From: Lama guanicoe
Taxonomy: Eukaryota
Assembly: GCA_013239625.1 (NCBI GenBank)
Contig: MU054117.1
Coordinates: forward strand, 2,540,011-2,602,010
Direction: 5' to 3'
DNA length: 62,000 bases
The position numbers and the translations under genes are program-made. The notes under the pieces were generated by a model that saw nothing but the letters and a program-made list of their open reading frames with translations, was not told where the DNA came from and did no database searches. Numbering within the stretch: the stretch's first letter is position 1; each line of letters begins with the position of its first letter. Positions 59,745-62,000 of the stretch are shown here, piece after piece.

Positions 59745-60121
59745 AAAATTTATTGAGGTCATGCTGGTTTATAACATCATATAAGTTTCATGTCCATAGC
59801 ATCATAGTTTGACTTCTGTGTACGCAACAGTGTGCTCACCACCAAGACTGTAGTTTCCACCCATCATGCATTTTGCCCTCCCTGCCCTCCTCCCCCTCTG
59901 ATGACCACTGCTCTGTTCTCTGCGTCCACATATTTGTTTTTACTTGGTTTGGTTTATTTGTTTAAAATCCCACTTATGAGGGAGTTCATACGGAATTTCT
60001 TTGACTTACTTTACCTAACTGGTGCAATTCATCCACATTGTCACAAATGGCAGGGTTTTGTCTGTTTTTATGGTGAGTTGTGTTCCATTGTCCACGTGCC
60101 ACATCTTTGTCCATTCATCCC
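59745..60121 (-). mobile_element. L1 3'UTR fragment (L1MA9/laurasiatherian-type)
   Basis: 'tttattgaggtcatgctggtttataacatcatataagtttca...gtgctcaccaccaag...catccacattgtcacaaatggcagg...ccacatctttgtccattcatc'. Confidence 0.85.
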
Positions 60122-60869
60122 TCATCCAGCCTTCTTCCCTTTGACACCGCTGGTAAACGGCTTGCTTAGCAATCAAAGCATTTTCTATTATTGCTGAAGA
60201 AGATCTCAATTTGGGAGTTTAAAAACTTGAGGCGAGGTGAATAAGACTCCTTTCTCCCATGATGGTGGCCCTTGTCACACATTCCTCTGGGTGGCGAGTG
60301 CCACTCTGTGTCACCCAAATTCTGGCTGAGCCGTGGAGATGCAGGATGCCTCAGGAGCCACACATGATGTCAGTACAGAGACACTCAGCACACGTCCGAA
60401 AGGGGGTGTGTGCCGCCCGTCAGCATGGATTGTGTGCGGGTGGGCAAGAGACCAAAGGCTGCAGGCCTGAGAAATGCAGGGAGGGCAGAGAGCTTGGCAT
60501 TCACCCTGAAGCCCACATCCCTGCCAGCTGCCAGTCAGTGGAGCTGTTGCATGTTGATTTCATGTATTCACTTCTCTTCCTCCCCTCTGGGAATTCTGTA
60601 CTACTGTACTTTTTCTGTGGTTTAAAAAAAAAAAAGGGAAAGAGAAAAGGCAGCTCTGCCTTGTTCACATGCTCTGAGACCCTCAAGGGCAGACTATCTT
60701 CTAGCTCTTCTGAGCACGATGAGCGGTGGAGGACCAGGAGGGCAGGAGAGGTGGTGTCTCACATCACCTGTTCTCTCTGGTGGTTCCTTTTGCAGCTGAG
60801 TCTAAGAAGTCAAGGCCACCAGAGCAGCTGATCTGGCCCCTCCACCCTGCTGCCAGGCCCAGTTCCTAG

Positions 60870-61030
60870 GCCCCTGATGCTGTCATCACGTCCTGACTCC
60901 TCTGGGGGTGGGCTCTGTGAACCCCATTTTAAAGAGGAGGAAACAGCACCTCAGAAAGGCGAACTACCTTGCCCTGATCACACAGCTAAGAAAATGAGCT
61001 CAGAGTGAAGAACAGGCCTCCGGGCTGTCA
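60870..61030 (-). mobile_element. MIR
   Basis: 'ccccattttaaagaggaggaaacagcacctcagaaaggcgaactaccttgccctgatcacacagctaag'. Confidence 0.75.
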
Positions 61031-61484
61031 GTCCAGCTGGTAAATGGTCTCTCCTGCATCAGAGAAGTAACGTTGTGAGAATGAAGTGGCAGCCGTGAGC
61101 CCCTCAGGGGCTGGTCTGGCTGCAGAGCGCAGGGGGCGTTAGCCATTCCTGTCAGGTGGCCGGGGATCCGCCAGGACCCCTGTGCCCACCCAGGGGACAG
61201 TGAGGTGCCATGGCTGTGACACATACTGGGTGTCGTGGTTGGGCTGCTATCTGGGGAGGGGGCTCAGAACAGTAGCAGCCCTGCAGGTCCCTTTAAAGAA
61301 GCTGAACGCCCGCCCCCGGGGATGCAGGCCTGCCTCTAGCTGGGGAGGTGCGAATCAAGCAGCTTGGGGCCACTGCAACACGCCTGTGATGAGGGTGTTG
61401 AAGTTCCTCTGGTTGGAATGAATGCTCCCTCGGCCGCAGCCAGTGTGATAGCTCTATGTTCCTGCCCATGGCCTTGGTGATTAA

Positions 61485-61610
61485 TGTCCTTCTGTCTTCC
61501 TGGCTAGAGCTTGTGTATCTGTAGGGCAGGGAGCAGCACACCTCATACCTGTTTCCCCAAGGGCCTGGCACGCTTGGCACAGAGCAGGTGGTGGGTAAAT
61601 GTTTGGTGGG
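61485..61610 (+). mobile_element. L2 3' end
   Basis: 'gtagggcaggg...tttccccaagggcctggcacgcttggcacagagcaggtg...taaatgtttgg'. Confidence 0.6.
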
Positions 61611-62000
61611 ATCCCAGGAGGACAGTTCACACTCACATACCCGAGGGCAGGATTCGTCTATCCAGCCGTCCTGTCTAGCACCTCTTGGTGGCCAAGCATG
61701 GTGTTAGGTGCTGGGATACAGGGCCAGGGAGACACGGCGCTGCTCCAGGGGCTCTGGGCACCCTCTCACTGGTGGCAGAAGAGAGTTGCCCCCACCCCAG
61801 TCTTCTAGTCCTCTTTATTGCCAGCTGGGCACGCAGACTTTCGCACAAGCTCGGGATACTGTTGCTGTTTCATAGTAGGATGAAGGGCTCCTCCTGGATG
61901 CTCCCAAGCTCCTAGCAAGAGCAGTCTTGGTGCTGTGCCCTGACCAGCCCTTACGTGCCAGTGCCGGTATCCCAGAGCACTCAGACATCACCCTTGGCAA

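Noticed and set aside
1..62000. A novel multi-gene system or a named host gene
   Set aside because: No coding exons or intact elements support this; naming a gene would be a guess

Overview
This is GC-rich mammalian genomic DNA, very probably camelid (camel, alpaca or vicuna). The basis is four copies of a tRNA-Ala(AGC)-derived SINE of the vic-1 type plus cetartiodactyl/camelid-type L1 3' ends. I found no recognisable protein-coding exon, real tRNA/rRNA, CRISPR array or intact mobile-element gene. The ORF track reflects chance open frames in GC-rich DNA, apart from decayed L1 ORF2 remnants. The window reads as one long intron (more likely of a + strand gene, which I cannot name) or intergenic DNA. 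It is filled with ancient repeats (MIR, L2, L1M, MLT1/MLT2 LTRs, hAT-Charlie and Tigger MITEs), several nested insertions with readable target-site duplications (TSDs), and unique segments carrying transcription-factor motif clusters. I did not find evidence of a new biological system. The most unusual items are: an L1 ORF2 fragment that is both 5'-inverted (twin-priming geometry) and 3'-truncated (49382-49690); a well-formed AG|GTAAGC recursive-splice-type site (43790/43791); a dual CArG + GATA enhancer candidate (1566-1849); a TATA/ETS alternative-promoter candidate (about 23.6 kb); and a FOX/GATA/NBRE cluster (about 59.5 kb). Repeat family names come from remembered consensus sequences, and boundaries of old repeats are approximate.
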